Part shown: piece by piece, positions 8,281-17,761 of the stretch
Numbering within the stretch: position 1 is the first letter of the stretch
Layout of the letters: each line of letters opens with the position of its first letter
IMG/VR virus record: IMGVR_UViG_3300046063_000004
Span: 1-46,150 of that record
Strand: one strand, 5' to 3'
Source of the DNA: a virus
Taxonomy: Duplodnaviria; Caudoviricetes
Length of the DNA stretch: 46,150 nucleotides
Program-made: the position numbers and the translations under genes
The notes under the pieces: generated by a model
Database searches by the model: none
The model's input: only the letters and a program-made list of their open reading frames with translations
Told to the model about the DNA's origin: nothing

Positions 8281-8583
8281 GTGAAGATCATTCGTGCCAC
8301 GCCGAAAAAGCTCAACGACGGCAGTTGGGGGGCCACCGCCAAGAGCGCATCGGCCCAAGCTGGCGACATGCTCGACGTCGTTAGCTCCAATGGGATGAAG
8401 TACTCGGCCATGGTTGACCGAGTCGTTTTCCGAGGGCAGGACTCAGCGTTGTGTGCGATCGCCGCCCCCGACTCGAAGCGCAGTAGCGGGGTGCCCGATC
8501 AGTGCCCGGCCTGCGACGGGTTGTTGGATGACACCGACTTGCTGGAGGCCGACGTGGCCGGCTATCACGTCGAGTGCTGCTAA
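8281..8583 (+). CDS. small beta-barrel-like phage protein with C-terminal CxxC
   Basis: GAAAGGGGAC RBS, GTG 8281; KLNDGSWGA...AGDMLDV pattern of small actinophage proteins. Confidence 0.7.
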   Translation: MKIIRATPKKLNDGSWGATAKSASAQAGDMLDVVSSNGMKYSAMVDRVVFRGQDSALCAIAAPDSKRSSGVPDQCPACDGLLDDTDLLEADVAGYHVECC

Positions 8584-8610
8584 CGCCTTGCTCACAGACC
8601 GCTTTCACAT

Positions 8611-8835
8611 GGAGCTGAGTTGCCCGTTGTGGGGCAAGCTATCCCTGCTGGAGACCAAAGGGTCCGGCCAAGGGTACCTAGGCTCACAGACGGTGACTCA
8701 GCGCTTCCGAAACAAACGTTCGATAAACCCGGGGTGCCCGCCTCGCTGTGTGTTCCCTCTCTCCGCCCCCGCAAGGGGGGCTGAGGAGAGAGGGGAATAA
8801 ACGACAAGCGATGGGCGAGGCGAGATGCACCCCGG
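8611..8835 (+). ncRNA. candidate structured RNA / structured leader (multibranch domain plus 107-nt hairpin)
   Basis: Nested complementary segments read directly from the sequence; GCAA tetraloop at 8771-8774. Confidence 0.45.
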
Positions 8836-8870
8836 ATCCTACGATCCCGATAGTTGGAAAGGAGTTGGTC

Positions 8871-9506
8871 ATGGCTGGCAAGCGACCGCCCCGGCCAAGG
8901 ACTGCGCTCGTGCGCCTGACCGAGCAGCAGAAGTACCTGTTTCAGCGAAAGTGCGCTGTTCGCAAAGAGTCAGCACAACATGTCCTGAACTCGGCCATCA
9001 ACGATTATCTACTCGGGGAATGGGAGCCAGAGATGCGCCCCGCTCTCTCCCGAGAGCGCCAGATCGCGGCCTATGAGGTATGGGGCGAGGACGGCTTCGA
9101 CCCACGCGATGGCATCGACCCGCAGAAGGTCGACCCGGACGATCAGGCCATCGACCTACAGGATCTCGAGGAGGGGCCCAGCTTCTGGGACCTGCGCGAC
9201 CTGGTGGTCCACCTCCAGGAGCAGCTTGGCCGCGAGATCAGGGTGTCGACGCTGTACAAGCTATTGCAGACCCACTTCCCCCGGGAGCCGGGTCAGTGGC
9301 AGTACTCATGGTCTGGGGCCAGTGACCCACAGATCCCAGAGATCATCGCGATGGTCGAGTCCGGTGAGATGGAGCGCCTGCGGGATGAGTCGCTATCCCG
9401 CATCTATCAGGGCCCAAAGATCGAGCCCGGCGACCGCCGGTTGGTTACCAAGCCCACGCCCAAGACCACCCCGGGCGACCACCGGCGCAAGGCTTCAGAT
9501 GAGTGA
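8871..9506 (+). CDS. DNA-binding regulator: N-terminal ribbon-helix-helix plus C-terminal HTH-like domain
   Basis: AAAGGAG RBS; RTALVRLTEQQKYLF...SAQHVLNSAINDYL fits an RHH pattern; second helical domain LRDLVVHL...STLYKLL. Confidence 0.6.
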   Translation: MAGKRPPRPRTALVRLTEQQKYLFQRKCAVRKESAQHVLNSAINDYLLGEWEPEMRPALSRERQIAAYEVWGEDGFDPRDGIDPQKVDPDDQAIDLQDLEEGPSFWDLRDLVVHLQEQLGREIRVSTLYKLLQTHFPREPGQWQYSWSGASDPQIPEIIAMVESGEMERLRDESLSRIYQGPKIEPGDRRLVTKPTPKTTPGDHRRKASDE

Positions 9507-9600
9507 GAGTCTGCTTCCCTGTCTTGGTTTGTGGCGGTTTGTCCGATTTACACACCTTGTCCCTATATACACCCCGATATTCGGGGGTTATAGCCCCTGT

Positions 9601-9656
9601 GTGTCTCCTTCTGCCCTTGCGCGTCCCCCTATGGGGACGCGCAAGTAGGGGGACAC
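9601..9656. other. long hairpin upstream of primase (candidate origin or terminator)
   Basis: Perfect 13-bp stem CTTGCGCGTCCCC/GGGGACGCGCAAG at 9616-9645, extended by a GU-containing stem. Confidence 0.6.
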
Positions 9657-9751
9657 TGGCAATACCCCAGGGAACGCGCACGCGCATGAGGGAGGCACAG
9701 CTTGCCCACATGCGGTAGGGTGCGGCGCCCTTCGATGAGAGAGGAGACTCG

Positions 9752-11614
9752 ATGAGCACCAGAGACGCAGCCCACTACGCGCTCAAGTGCAGCTATAGCC
9801 CGATCCCCATTCCACGCGGAGCTAAGTCGCCGGTCTTTTCAGAGTGGACTCAGGCGCGCTACGACCACGACGACATCGCCACCCTGTTCGAGGATGAGCC
9901 CAACATCGGCATCTTGCTAGGCCAACCCAGCGATGGCCTCATCGACGTGGATCTCGATACCCCTGAAGCGGTCGAGCTGGCAGGGCGGCTATTGCCAGAG
10001 ACCAGCATGATCCACGGGCGCCCCAGCGCGCTGTGCAGCCACTTCTGGTATCAGGTGCCCATCGGCGAGTGCCCAGCCACAGCCAAGTACGTCGATCCGA
10101 CCGATCGCGCGAGCTTAGTCGAGTTGCGCTCCACGGGGTCCCAGACGATCGTGCCACCTTCGATCCACCCGTCCGGGGAAAAGCTGAGATGGCTCGAGCC
10201 ACACCGGAATGAGGTGTGGAGTGTTCCTCCTTCGATTGGCACGAGCGGCGATGAGCTAAGTGGGTGCGTCGCTGCCTTGGCCGCTGCCACGCTACTCACA
10301 CGTCACTGGCCAGGCGAGGGCAGTCGTCATGACGCCGCTGTGGCGTTGTGTGGCGGGCTGTTGCGAGGCGGCTGGGGGATAAGGCTCACCAAGGAGTTCG
10401 TAGCCCTTGTGGCCCAAGTCAGCGGCGATGAGGAGCACCAACAGCGCAAGGCTGACGCAGAGACGACACAGCGGCGCCTTGCTCATGACGGACAGATCCA
10501 GGGCTGGCCCACCTTGTCCAAGCTGTTGGGCAAGGAAGTCGTTGACGCGGTCATCGCTTGGCTACAGCTCAAGACCGAAAGGGCAGATGACAACGAGGAA
10601 AGCGAGGACATCCCCAATCGTCGTCTCGTGGGCAAGGCAATACGTGAGGGTGTGGACAACCCTGAGCAGATCGTTCCCGGGGTGCTGTACACCGGCATGA
10701 TCCACTGGTGGCAAGGTCCACCCGAGGGGGGCAAGAGTCTGCTGTTGTTGTCGATCATGTCCTCATTGGTCCATCAAGGTTATACCGTAATGTGGATTGA
10801 TGAAGAAACAGGGTTGGCTACAACTGCTGATCGTCTTTCACGTATGGGTGCCGACCCCGATACACTCGATGAGAAGTTCTGGTATTATGAGTCACCAGGA
10901 TTGGCCATGAACCAAGACAACCGTGAACGACTTGCTTTGAGCCTCAATCGAGCGAAACCCGATGTTGTGGTGATGGACTCTTGTAGCGACATGCTGGCCC
11001 AAGCGGGTCTCGACGAGGACTCCAACTCAAACATCACGGATTGGTACCACTCGTTCGTCACACCACTAACTCAGCACGGTGCAACGGTGGTCATCATCGA
11101 CCATGTCACCAAAGCCAGAGACAGTCGGGGTACGTACGCTCGAGGGGCTGGAGCGAAAAAGGCCAAGGCCGATGTGGCGTGGGGGGTCAATGTGGAGGAG
11201 CGCTTCGCCTTGGATCCACCACGCTTGGGCCGCATCGCCCTGACGATCAACAAGGATCGCCTTGGCCGTTTACCTGGGCGCGTGACTTACTCAATCGGTG
11301 CGACGAGTGATGGGCACACGCGCGTACGTCGCCTCAATGGTGGAACAAGGGTTGTCAGCGCACGAGAGCGTATCCGCACCAACATCACCAACATGTTGTT
11401 GGAGCGAACAGGGGATCCCGATAACGCGATGTCTACCTCTGAGGTTAGCCAAGTCATTGAGGGCAAGGATGTTGTCATCCGCCAGGTGCTCAATGAGTTA
11501 GAACAAGACGAAGAGTCTCCTGTTACTTACTATACCCAGACCGCATCCGAGACTGCCACCAAGTACTGGTGGGCTGAAGACAGTAGCAGCGTCATTGAAG
11601 TCGACTTCTCTTAG
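9752..11614 (+). CDS. bifunctional DNA primase/polymerase (Prim-Pol) fused to a RecA/AAA_25-type helicase
   Basis: PIPRGAKSP, NIGILLG, DVDLD, H, PPSIHPSG Prim-Pol motifs; Walker A GPPEGGKS, VVVMDS, IIDHVTK, KDRLG. Confidence 0.92.
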   Translation: MSTRDAAHYALKCSYSPIPIPRGAKSPVFSEWTQARYDHDDIATLFEDEPNIGILLGQPSDGLIDVDLDTPEAVELAGRLLPETSMIHGRPSALCSHFWYQVPIGECPATAKYVDPTDRASLVELRSTGSQTIVPPSIHPSGEKLRWLEPHRNEVWSVPPSIGTSGDELSGCVAALAAATLLTRHWPGEGSRHDAAVALCGGLLRGGWGIRLTKEFVALVAQVSGDEEHQQRKADAETTQRRLAHDGQIQGWPTLSKLLGKEVVDAVIAWLQLKTERADDNEESEDIPNRRLVGKAIREGVDNPEQIVPGVLYTGMIHWWQGPPEGGKSLLLLSIMSSLVHQGYTVMWIDEETGLATTADRLSRMGADPDTLDEKFWYYESPGLAMNQDNRERLALSLNRAKPDVVVMDSCSDMLAQAGLDEDSNSNITDWYHSFVTPLTQHGATVVIIDHVTKARDSRGTYARGAGAKKAKADVAWGVNVEERFALDPPRLGRIALTINKDRLGRLPGRVTYSIGATSDGHTRVRRLNGGTRVVSARERIRTNITNMLLERTGDPDNAMSTSEVSQVIEGKDVVIRQVLNELEQDEESPVTYYTQTASETATKYWWAEDSSSVIEVDFS

Positions 11615-11634
11615 CCACACACCCAGGGCAAGCA

Positions 11635-13149
11635 ATGAGCGCACACAACGGGGCAAGGCTTGGGGGCTATCAGTTCGCCACTACGCCCATGGCCCACCAG
11701 GCACAAGCGCTGCGGGCCATCATCGAGCGCAAGGGTGTGTGTGGCCTGCTCATGTCGCCTGGGACCGGAAAGAGCAAGCCCATCATCGACTATGTCGCCC
11801 TGTTATGGCACAAGCGGGGGCAAGTCGACTGGATGATTACGGTGCCCTTGAACGCCTTGGATACGTGGCCCCAAGAGTTCTCCTTGCACTTGCCCAACAG
11901 CGTGCCGCTGGAGCTGATCCAGCTCGATGGGCGCTACTCCATTGCCACTAAGATTGCCCGCATCGAGGCCCTGGCCAAACAGCCTGGCCATGGCAAGTTG
12001 CGCGTAGTGCTGATCAACCATGACGCGTTTGCGTCCAAGGCGCGTATGAAGGGCACGGCCACCAAGACCATGCAAGACGGCATCGTCGAGGCGATCGGTC
12101 TGTGGCAGCCTGATGGGATCACACTAGACGAGTCACAAAGATGTAAATCTCACACAGCTAATCGAGCAGTCGGATTGCGGCGAGTCGGCGAAGTGGTGGC
12201 CAAGCGCCAGATCCTGACTGGCACCGTATCACCCAAGAACCCACTCGACATCTACGCGCAGTGGAAGTTCCTCAATCCGCAGCGTTTCGATAAGCGCTGG
12301 GCCGACTTTTGCCGACGCTATGCCATGTGGGGTGGCTTCGAGGGCAGACAGCCCACGCGCTTTGTGCGCCAGGATCAGATGCGCAAAAAGATCAAGCAAG
12401 ATGCGTTCATCGCCACCAAAGAGCAATGCCTGGACCTGCCCGCAACGACTGATCGCACCGTACCGGTCGATCTCGGCAAAACCGAGGCGAGCGTCTACCG
12501 GGAGCTGGGCCAGCACTTGATGGCCGAGCTTCCTTCGGGTCAGACGGCCATTGCCCCTATCGTGTTGACCAAGGTGCTGCGACTGCGGCAAGTCACCGGT
12601 GGCTTTCTTGGCTACGAGGACGATTATTACAAGCATCACACCGAGGAGCTTGGCACCAGCAAGCTCGACGTGCTGGCCGACCTGTTACGGGATCTGTTCG
12701 ACGCCCAGGAGAAAGTGGTTATCTTTGCCCACTTTCGCCCCGATATCCAGCGCATCTGTGACATGCTGGGCAAACGCTTTGGCTCAACACAGGTATTTCG
12801 CGTCGAGGGCCAAACAGCTCACAAGTCAAGGCTAAGCGCGCGCCAGGGCTTTGCCGCCACCGAGGGGGCAGCGGCCATGGTCGCCCAGCAGCGCACCATG
12901 AGCTTGGCGGTCAATGAGCTAGTCGCCAGCAGCCACGCGGTGTTCTACTCACTGTCGGAGCGCCGCGACGATTACGATCAGGCCAAGGATCGCCTGCACC
13001 GCCAGGGCCAGATGCGGCCGGTCACCTTTCACCACTTGGTGGTACCCAACTCGGTCGACACCATGCTGTTGTCGGCCCACCGCGACAAGATCGCCCTGGA
13101 GAACGCGCTGTTGCAGGATCAACGCGCACTGACCCTGGATGGCCGATGA
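11635..13149 (+). CDS. SNF2-family helicase
   Basis: MSPGTGKS, LDESQRCK, LTGT, LRLRQVTGG, KVVIFAHF, QAKDRLHRQGQ. Confidence 0.93.
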   Translation: MSAHNGARLGGYQFATTPMAHQAQALRAIIERKGVCGLLMSPGTGKSKPIIDYVALLWHKRGQVDWMITVPLNALDTWPQEFSLHLPNSVPLELIQLDGRYSIATKIARIEALAKQPGHGKLRVVLINHDAFASKARMKGTATKTMQDGIVEAIGLWQPDGITLDESQRCKSHTANRAVGLRRVGEVVAKRQILTGTVSPKNPLDIYAQWKFLNPQRFDKRWADFCRRYAMWGGFEGRQPTRFVRQDQMRKKIKQDAFIATKEQCLDLPATTDRTVPVDLGKTEASVYRELGQHLMAELPSGQTAIAPIVLTKVLRLRQVTGGFLGYEDDYYKHHTEELGTSKLDVLADLLRDLFDAQEKVVIFAHFRPDIQRICDMLGKRFGSTQVFRVEGQTAHKSRLSARQGFAATEGAAAMVAQQRTMSLAVNELVASSHAVFYSLSERRDDYDQAKDRLHRQGQMRPVTFHHLVVPNSVDTMLLSAHRDKIALENALLQDQRALTLDGR

Positions 13150-15236
13150 CGTTTCCGGTGGTCGCCCAACACATCGTCAGCCAGGGTGAGCTGGAAGAGC
13201 TGATCACGCTGCTCAACGCCACCCAGAAGGTATGCCTGGACATCGAGACCCAGACCGACGACACCAACAATCTCAACCCAAGGGCGGCCGGCGCGCGGAT
13301 CGTGTCGATCTCGTTTACGACAACTCCGGGCATGGGCTACGTCGTGCCACTGAGTCACCCCAACAGCCCGTGGCCATACTCTTGGCGCAATGTATTGCGA
13401 CGGCTGGTCCAGGCAGCCATGGCCAAAGACGACGACGCGCTGAGGGGCAAGCTCATCGCCCACAACATCCAGTACGAGGCGCGCTGGATACAAGTCTTAG
13501 TTGATATCAACATCGCGCCCTGTGCGTGGTGGGACACCATGATGAGCACCCACCTGCTGGATGAGAACCGACCCAAGGACTTGAAGTCGGTCGTTGATCA
13601 AGAGCTGGGCATCGCTCCGTGGGGCATCAACCTATCCGCCCCCGAGGGTGCCCCCTGGCAGCAACTGGCTCATTACAACGCGCAAGACACCGACTACTGC
13701 TATCAGCTCCACGAGAAGCACAAACAGCATCTGCGCGACGATGAGGCCGTGGCCCGGGTGTGGCACTACATCGGCATGCCCGCCATCCGCGCCTTCATTC
13801 ACGTGGAGCACACGGGGCTGGGCCTGGACCTGGAGCAAGTCCAGTCGCTTACGATCACAAGCGAGAGCGAGCTTACTAGGACCGAGCGTGAGCTGTACCA
13901 GTGGATCCCCCCTCATCTGTTAGAGGAGTTCGGCGAGGATCAAGCACACGTCCACAGCGATGAGTGCCCGGCGTGGAAGTGCCCGGTGTGTGGCGTGGAG
14001 TGGACCCACGCAGAGACTAAAGAGACCGACACCGTCAAGCCAGCCAATCCCCCACTGTGTGTGATCTGCGAGCGCACGGCCATCCCCAAGACGTGTAAAA
14101 AGAAAAAGGACAAGCGCTACCCGATCTCATGGAGCCCCACCAGCAAGTTCTTCGCAGCGTTCATGGGCGCGCTGGCCCCGGTTATTGAGACCACGCCCAA
14201 GGGCGCGCCCTGTTGGGACGCGGCGGTGCTGGCCAGGCTTTCCCAGATGGGGTATGCCTTTGCCGATGTGTTGCTTTCCTATCGCGATCATCGCAAGAAG
14301 CTGGACTTCCTGTTCGACTGGCAAAACCGTGCGGTCAACGCACGCCTGTATCCCAGCTACAAGCCAGCCCACGTCGTAAGCGGACGCACATCTTCGCAGG
14401 AACCCAACATCCAACAGACCCCCAAGAGCCTGCGCTCGGCGATCACCGCCCCGCCCAGCTATTGGTTCGTCGAGGTCGATCACAGCCAGATCGAGCTGCG
14501 CGTGGCCGCCGAGCTAGCTAGCCGGGCTACTGCGGGCAAGGCTGAGCCGAGGATGCTGCAGGCGTATCTACGAGGAGAAGACCTGCACACGCTCATGGCC
14601 GCGCGCATCACGGGCAAAAAACCCGAGAATGTCTCTGACACAGAAAGGTTTCATGCCAAGGCCGCAAACTTTGGCTTTCTATATTCCATGACCTCAACGA
14701 CGTTCTCTACCCAGGCCTGGCGTGACTATCAGCTCGACTTCGACCCCCAGCAGGCCGCAGAGCTGAGATCGGCCTTCTTCGAGCAGTGGCCAGAGATCGG
14801 CCTGTGGCACGAGCACCAGCGCTCGATCGCCCGTCGGGGCCAGGTGCGCAGCCTGCTGGGACGCAAGCGCCGCTTGCCAGATATCGACTCCAACAACCCC
14901 GCCAAGGTCGGCGAGGCCCAGCGCATGGCCATCAACGCCCCCGTCCAGAGCCTGGCCAGTGACTTGACCCTGCTGGGCATGATCGCCGCCCACAAGGCCC
15001 TGGACCCAGACAAGGCCCGGGTGGTGGGCACCGTGCACGACTCGGTGCTGCTGGAGGTGTCCAAGGCCCACCTGACTGACTCCCTCAAAGTCGTCTCAAA
15101 CGCACTCCTGTATCCTGACCTGAAGGGAAAGTTCGGTGTGGAGTTGACAGTACCCCTAAAGATAGAGTATACTATTGGCAGGTTTTGGGCAGACCCCAAA
15201 GCCAGAGAAGTCCAAGTTCACAGAAAGGGCACATGA
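13146..15236 (+). CDS. polA: DNA polymerase family A with 3'-5' exonuclease
   Basis: Exo motifs CLDIET, AHN..YE, YNAQD; SGRTSSQEPNIQQ; motif A DHSQIELR; motif B KAANFGFLY; AINAPVQSLASD; motif C VHDS. Confidence 0.96.
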   Translation: MTFPVVAQHIVSQGELEELITLLNATQKVCLDIETQTDDTNNLNPRAAGARIVSISFTTTPGMGYVVPLSHPNSPWPYSWRNVLRRLVQAAMAKDDDALRGKLIAHNIQYEARWIQVLVDINIAPCAWWDTMMSTHLLDENRPKDLKSVVDQELGIAPWGINLSAPEGAPWQQLAHYNAQDTDYCYQLHEKHKQHLRDDEAVARVWHYIGMPAIRAFIHVEHTGLGLDLEQVQSLTITSESELTRTERELYQWIPPHLLEEFGEDQAHVHSDECPAWKCPVCGVEWTHAETKETDTVKPANPPLCVICERTAIPKTCKKKKDKRYPISWSPTSKFFAAFMGALAPVIETTPKGAPCWDAAVLARLSQMGYAFADVLLSYRDHRKKLDFLFDWQNRAVNARLYPSYKPAHVVSGRTSSQEPNIQQTPKSLRSAITAPPSYWFVEVDHSQIELRVAAELASRATAGKAEPRMLQAYLRGEDLHTLMAARITGKKPENVSDTERFHAKAANFGFLYSMTSTTFSTQAWRDYQLDFDPQQAAELRSAFFEQWPEIGLWHEHQRSIARRGQVRSLLGRKRRLPDIDSNNPAKVGEAQRMAINAPVQSLASDLTLLGMIAAHKALDPDKARVVGTVHDSVLLEVSKAHLTDSLKVVSNALLYPDLKGKFGVELTVPLKIEYTIGRFWADPKAREVQVHRKGT

Positions 15237-15508
15237 TGGCAGAGAGCCCACAAGTCGGCGAGACCTTCTCCAGCCAGGTCGAGGTGCTGTCGATCGTCGA
15301 GAAGGTCGATCGCCGCCAGAACGGGGTCACTCACCGAGTGCGCATCCGCTTTACCTCGGGGCCACTCAAGGGCCTTGAGACGTCAGTCAAGCAGCCGGTG
15401 AGCGAAAAACCCAAGGGCGTGCGCAAGGTAGCCAAGCAACCAGCCTCCCAGGGGGCCCCCCAGGGTGGCGCCGGAGGCAGCCAGGGCGAGCAGGGCGAGG
15501 ACGAGTAG
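15233..15508 (+). CDS. hypothetical protein
   Basis: ATGA overlap with the polA stop; GAAAGGG RBS. Confidence 0.65.
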   Translation: MMAESPQVGETFSSQVEVLSIVEKVDRRQNGVTHRVRIRFTSGPLKGLETSVKQPVSEKPKGVRKVAKQPASQGAPQGGAGGSQGEQGEDE

Positions 15509-15552
15509 CCTCGAAGTTCGCGCGGTCGACCCACACACAAAAGGAGACGCAA

Positions 15553-15795
15553 GTGCATCGACTCAAGATGGTCGCCTGTGAGCTGGCACGACGGGTGCTG
15601 TGGCGGTGGTGGCCACATACCTATGTGGCCAACCTCCCCGGTTATGAGCCCCCCTTGATGGTCCATGCTGGCGGGCCCCGTAGGCCCGACATGCCCACAA
15701 TCAACCAATCCTCGGTCGTGCTGGAGTGCACGATCGTGGTTGGTGACGTGGTCCAAACCGCTCAGGAGGTCAGCGATAGGGCCAACAGTGGCTGA
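15553..15795 (+). CDS. hypothetical protein
   Basis: AAAGGAG RBS, GTG start. Confidence 0.55.
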   Translation: MHRLKMVACELARRVLWRWWPHTYVANLPGYEPPLMVHAGGPRRPDMPTINQSSVVLECTIVVGDVVQTAQEVSDRANSG

Positions 15796-16936
15796 GTCGT
15801 TGCCCATCCATCACAGCCACCTTCACACCGCGCGCAGATGCTTGCGCCAATACCGCTACGCCTACGTCGAGGGGCTAACCCCCAGGCAGCCCACGCTGCC
15901 GCTTGCACGGGGGCTGTGGCTGCACTACTGCCTGGCTGCGGCTCACATCGCCGATGGGCTGGACAAGGGCAGCCTGCTCGAGGTGCCAGAGACGATCGAC
16001 ATCGACGACGTGGGCCCGGTGGCCATCGACCACGACCAGGCAAGCCTGATCGTGCCGCATACACCCAATCGAAAAGAGCAGTCCTATCCCTTGAGCTGGC
16101 AGGGCATGTTGCAACTATTGGTGGAACATGCGTGGATGCGTCTGTTCCCCGAGGAGCAAACAAGCTACGTCGAGCACGGCCACACTTTGCCTGAAGCGGT
16201 GGAGAAGATCCTGCGGGGTTACTTCTATCACTACCGCACAACCCTCGAGGCTGAAGCGCCGCTGCTGGTGGAGTTCCCCTGGAAGCGCACCCACGAGTCG
16301 GGCCATACCTTCGCCGGCCAGGTCGATCTGGTCACTAGGGACCCCCGGGGCATGGTCGTGCTGCGGGATTGGAAGTCGTCCAAGTCCGCGCCCAAGGCGA
16401 GCTGGAAGCTCATGGAGTCCCAGCTCCACCTGTACCCGTGGGGCCTGCAGCCAACCCTGGACGAGCACGGCATCTCGATTGACTACATCGAGTTCGACTA
16501 CCTGTTGACCAAGCCGCCGACCAAGCCGGCTCAGAACAAGGACGGCTCATTATCAAAACGAGCTATTGATACTGACGCGCTGACCTACCTCGAGGCCCTG
16601 AAGGAATACGGCATCGAGATCACCAGCGAGCACAAGCGCAAGCTCGCCGAGCTAAAGCATCACAACCCCTTTGTGGAGCGCACGCCGGCTCCACGCAACA
16701 AGGGGGTCACCGAGCAGATCCTGGCCGAGGCGGTCCAGACCGCAAGCGAGATGAAGCAAGTCCACCAGCGCCCGCATGTGGGCCAGGTGCGCACCGTCAA
16801 GCAAAGCTGCGAGTGGGACTGCCCGTATACGGAACTGTGCATGGCCGAGCTGTGGGGCCACGATACTCACAGCCTGCGTCAGCGCGACTTTCATCAACCC
16901 ACACACACACAGAATGGGAACGCAAAAAGGACCTAG
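15788..16936 (+). CDS. Cas4/RecB-like PD-(D/E)XK exonuclease
   Basis: RRCLRQY, GQVDLV...LRDWKS, QLHLY, C-terminal CEWDCPYTELC (four Cys, Fe-S type). Start at GTG 15788 is inferred. Confidence 0.88.
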   Translation: MAESLPIHHSHLHTARRCLRQYRYAYVEGLTPRQPTLPLARGLWLHYCLAAAHIADGLDKGSLLEVPETIDIDDVGPVAIDHDQASLIVPHTPNRKEQSYPLSWQGMLQLLVEHAWMRLFPEEQTSYVEHGHTLPEAVEKILRGYFYHYRTTLEAEAPLLVEFPWKRTHESGHTFAGQVDLVTRDPRGMVVLRDWKSSKSAPKASWKLMESQLHLYPWGLQPTLDEHGISIDYIEFDYLLTKPPTKPAQNKDGSLSKRAIDTDALTYLEALKEYGIEITSEHKRKLAELKHHNPFVERTPAPRNKGVTEQILAEAVQTASEMKQVHQRPHVGQVRTVKQSCEWDCPYTELCMAELWGHDTHSLRQRDFHQPTHTQNGNAKRT

Positions 16937-16938
16937 GG

Positions 16939-17727
16939 ATGGCAACGCCACTAACAAAAATGAACGACGATGCATTGAAGATGTTATTGCATGGAAGATC
17001 CGGTACAGGAAAAAGTTCGTTTGGCTCAACGATCGCACAATCATGTAAAACCCTCTACATCGACTTGCCCGGTGAGAAGGGGATCAAGTCGATCAAAAAT
17101 GCATCGTATGCTAACAACATCATGGTCGAGCGCCCCCAAAGCGTGACCGAGATCAGCCAACTGTTTTGGGACACCCAGACAGGCCAGGTTGATTGTCAAG
17201 CGGTCATGCTCGAGTCGATCTCGGCGTTACAGAAAATGTATGTGCGCTACCTGCTAGGGATCAGCGAGGACAGTGTCCAAGAGGTCACACAAAACCCCAA
17301 GGGCCTGGACATGCAGGGTTGGGGTAAGGTCCTCTCCTTTATGACCGATCAGATCGTGTTCTGGTACAACCTGGCTGACTCCGAGCGTGACAACCCCATA
17401 CACATCGTTATGACCTCTCAGTCCAAGACGGTCGAGGACGAGGACACCGGTGAGACTGAAGTTTCTCCCGATGTGTCCAAAGGCAGCCGAGCGATTGTGG
17501 AAGCGAGCCCGGACTACATCGGGTATTGCTTCGTCGAGGAAGGAGAGAGTGAGAGCCTAACCGAGGAGAAGTGGAACTTCTGTGTCCGCTTTGGCCCACA
17601 CGACATGATCCGCACCAAGGTGCGCGAGGATGCCGACTCGGCAAAGAAACTACCCTACGTGCTGGGCCGCAAGAACCGCCCTACCGTGCCCAAGCTGGCC
17701 AAGCGCTTGGGCATCCCTCTTACGTAG
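16939..17727 (+). CDS. Sak4-like AAA ATPase / single-strand annealing protein
   Basis: LLHGRSGTGKS, LYIDLPGEKG, MLESIS, QGWGK; typical position between exonuclease and SSB. Confidence 0.85.
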   Translation: MATPLTKMNDDALKMLLHGRSGTGKSSFGSTIAQSCKTLYIDLPGEKGIKSIKNASYANNIMVERPQSVTEISQLFWDTQTGQVDCQAVMLESISALQKMYVRYLLGISEDSVQEVTQNPKGLDMQGWGKVLSFMTDQIVFWYNLADSERDNPIHIVMTSQSKTVEDEDTGETEVSPDVSKGSRAIVEASPDYIGYCFVEEGESESLTEEKWNFCVRFGPHDMIRTKVREDADSAKKLPYVLGRKNRPTVPKLAKRLGIPLT

Positions 17728-17761
17728 TTAGCCTGCACGTTCACAGCCAGGAGGCAAAGGC

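Noticed and set aside
8611-8708. Cloverleaf-like fold as a tRNA
   Set aside because: No T-loop TTCG, D-loop GG arrangement or 7-nt anticodon loop in the right positions.
8750-8802. GTGTTCCC...GGGGAATAAAC resembling a type I-E CRISPR repeat (possible RNA anti-CRISPR)
   Set aside because: Only the ends match. The interior is about 25 nt too long and belongs to a larger hairpin.
1-9000. Genome-wide CTAG over-representation
   Set aside because: A rough count is near random expectation for this composition. Only the 1540-2280 cluster stands out, and it is covered by the control-region finding.
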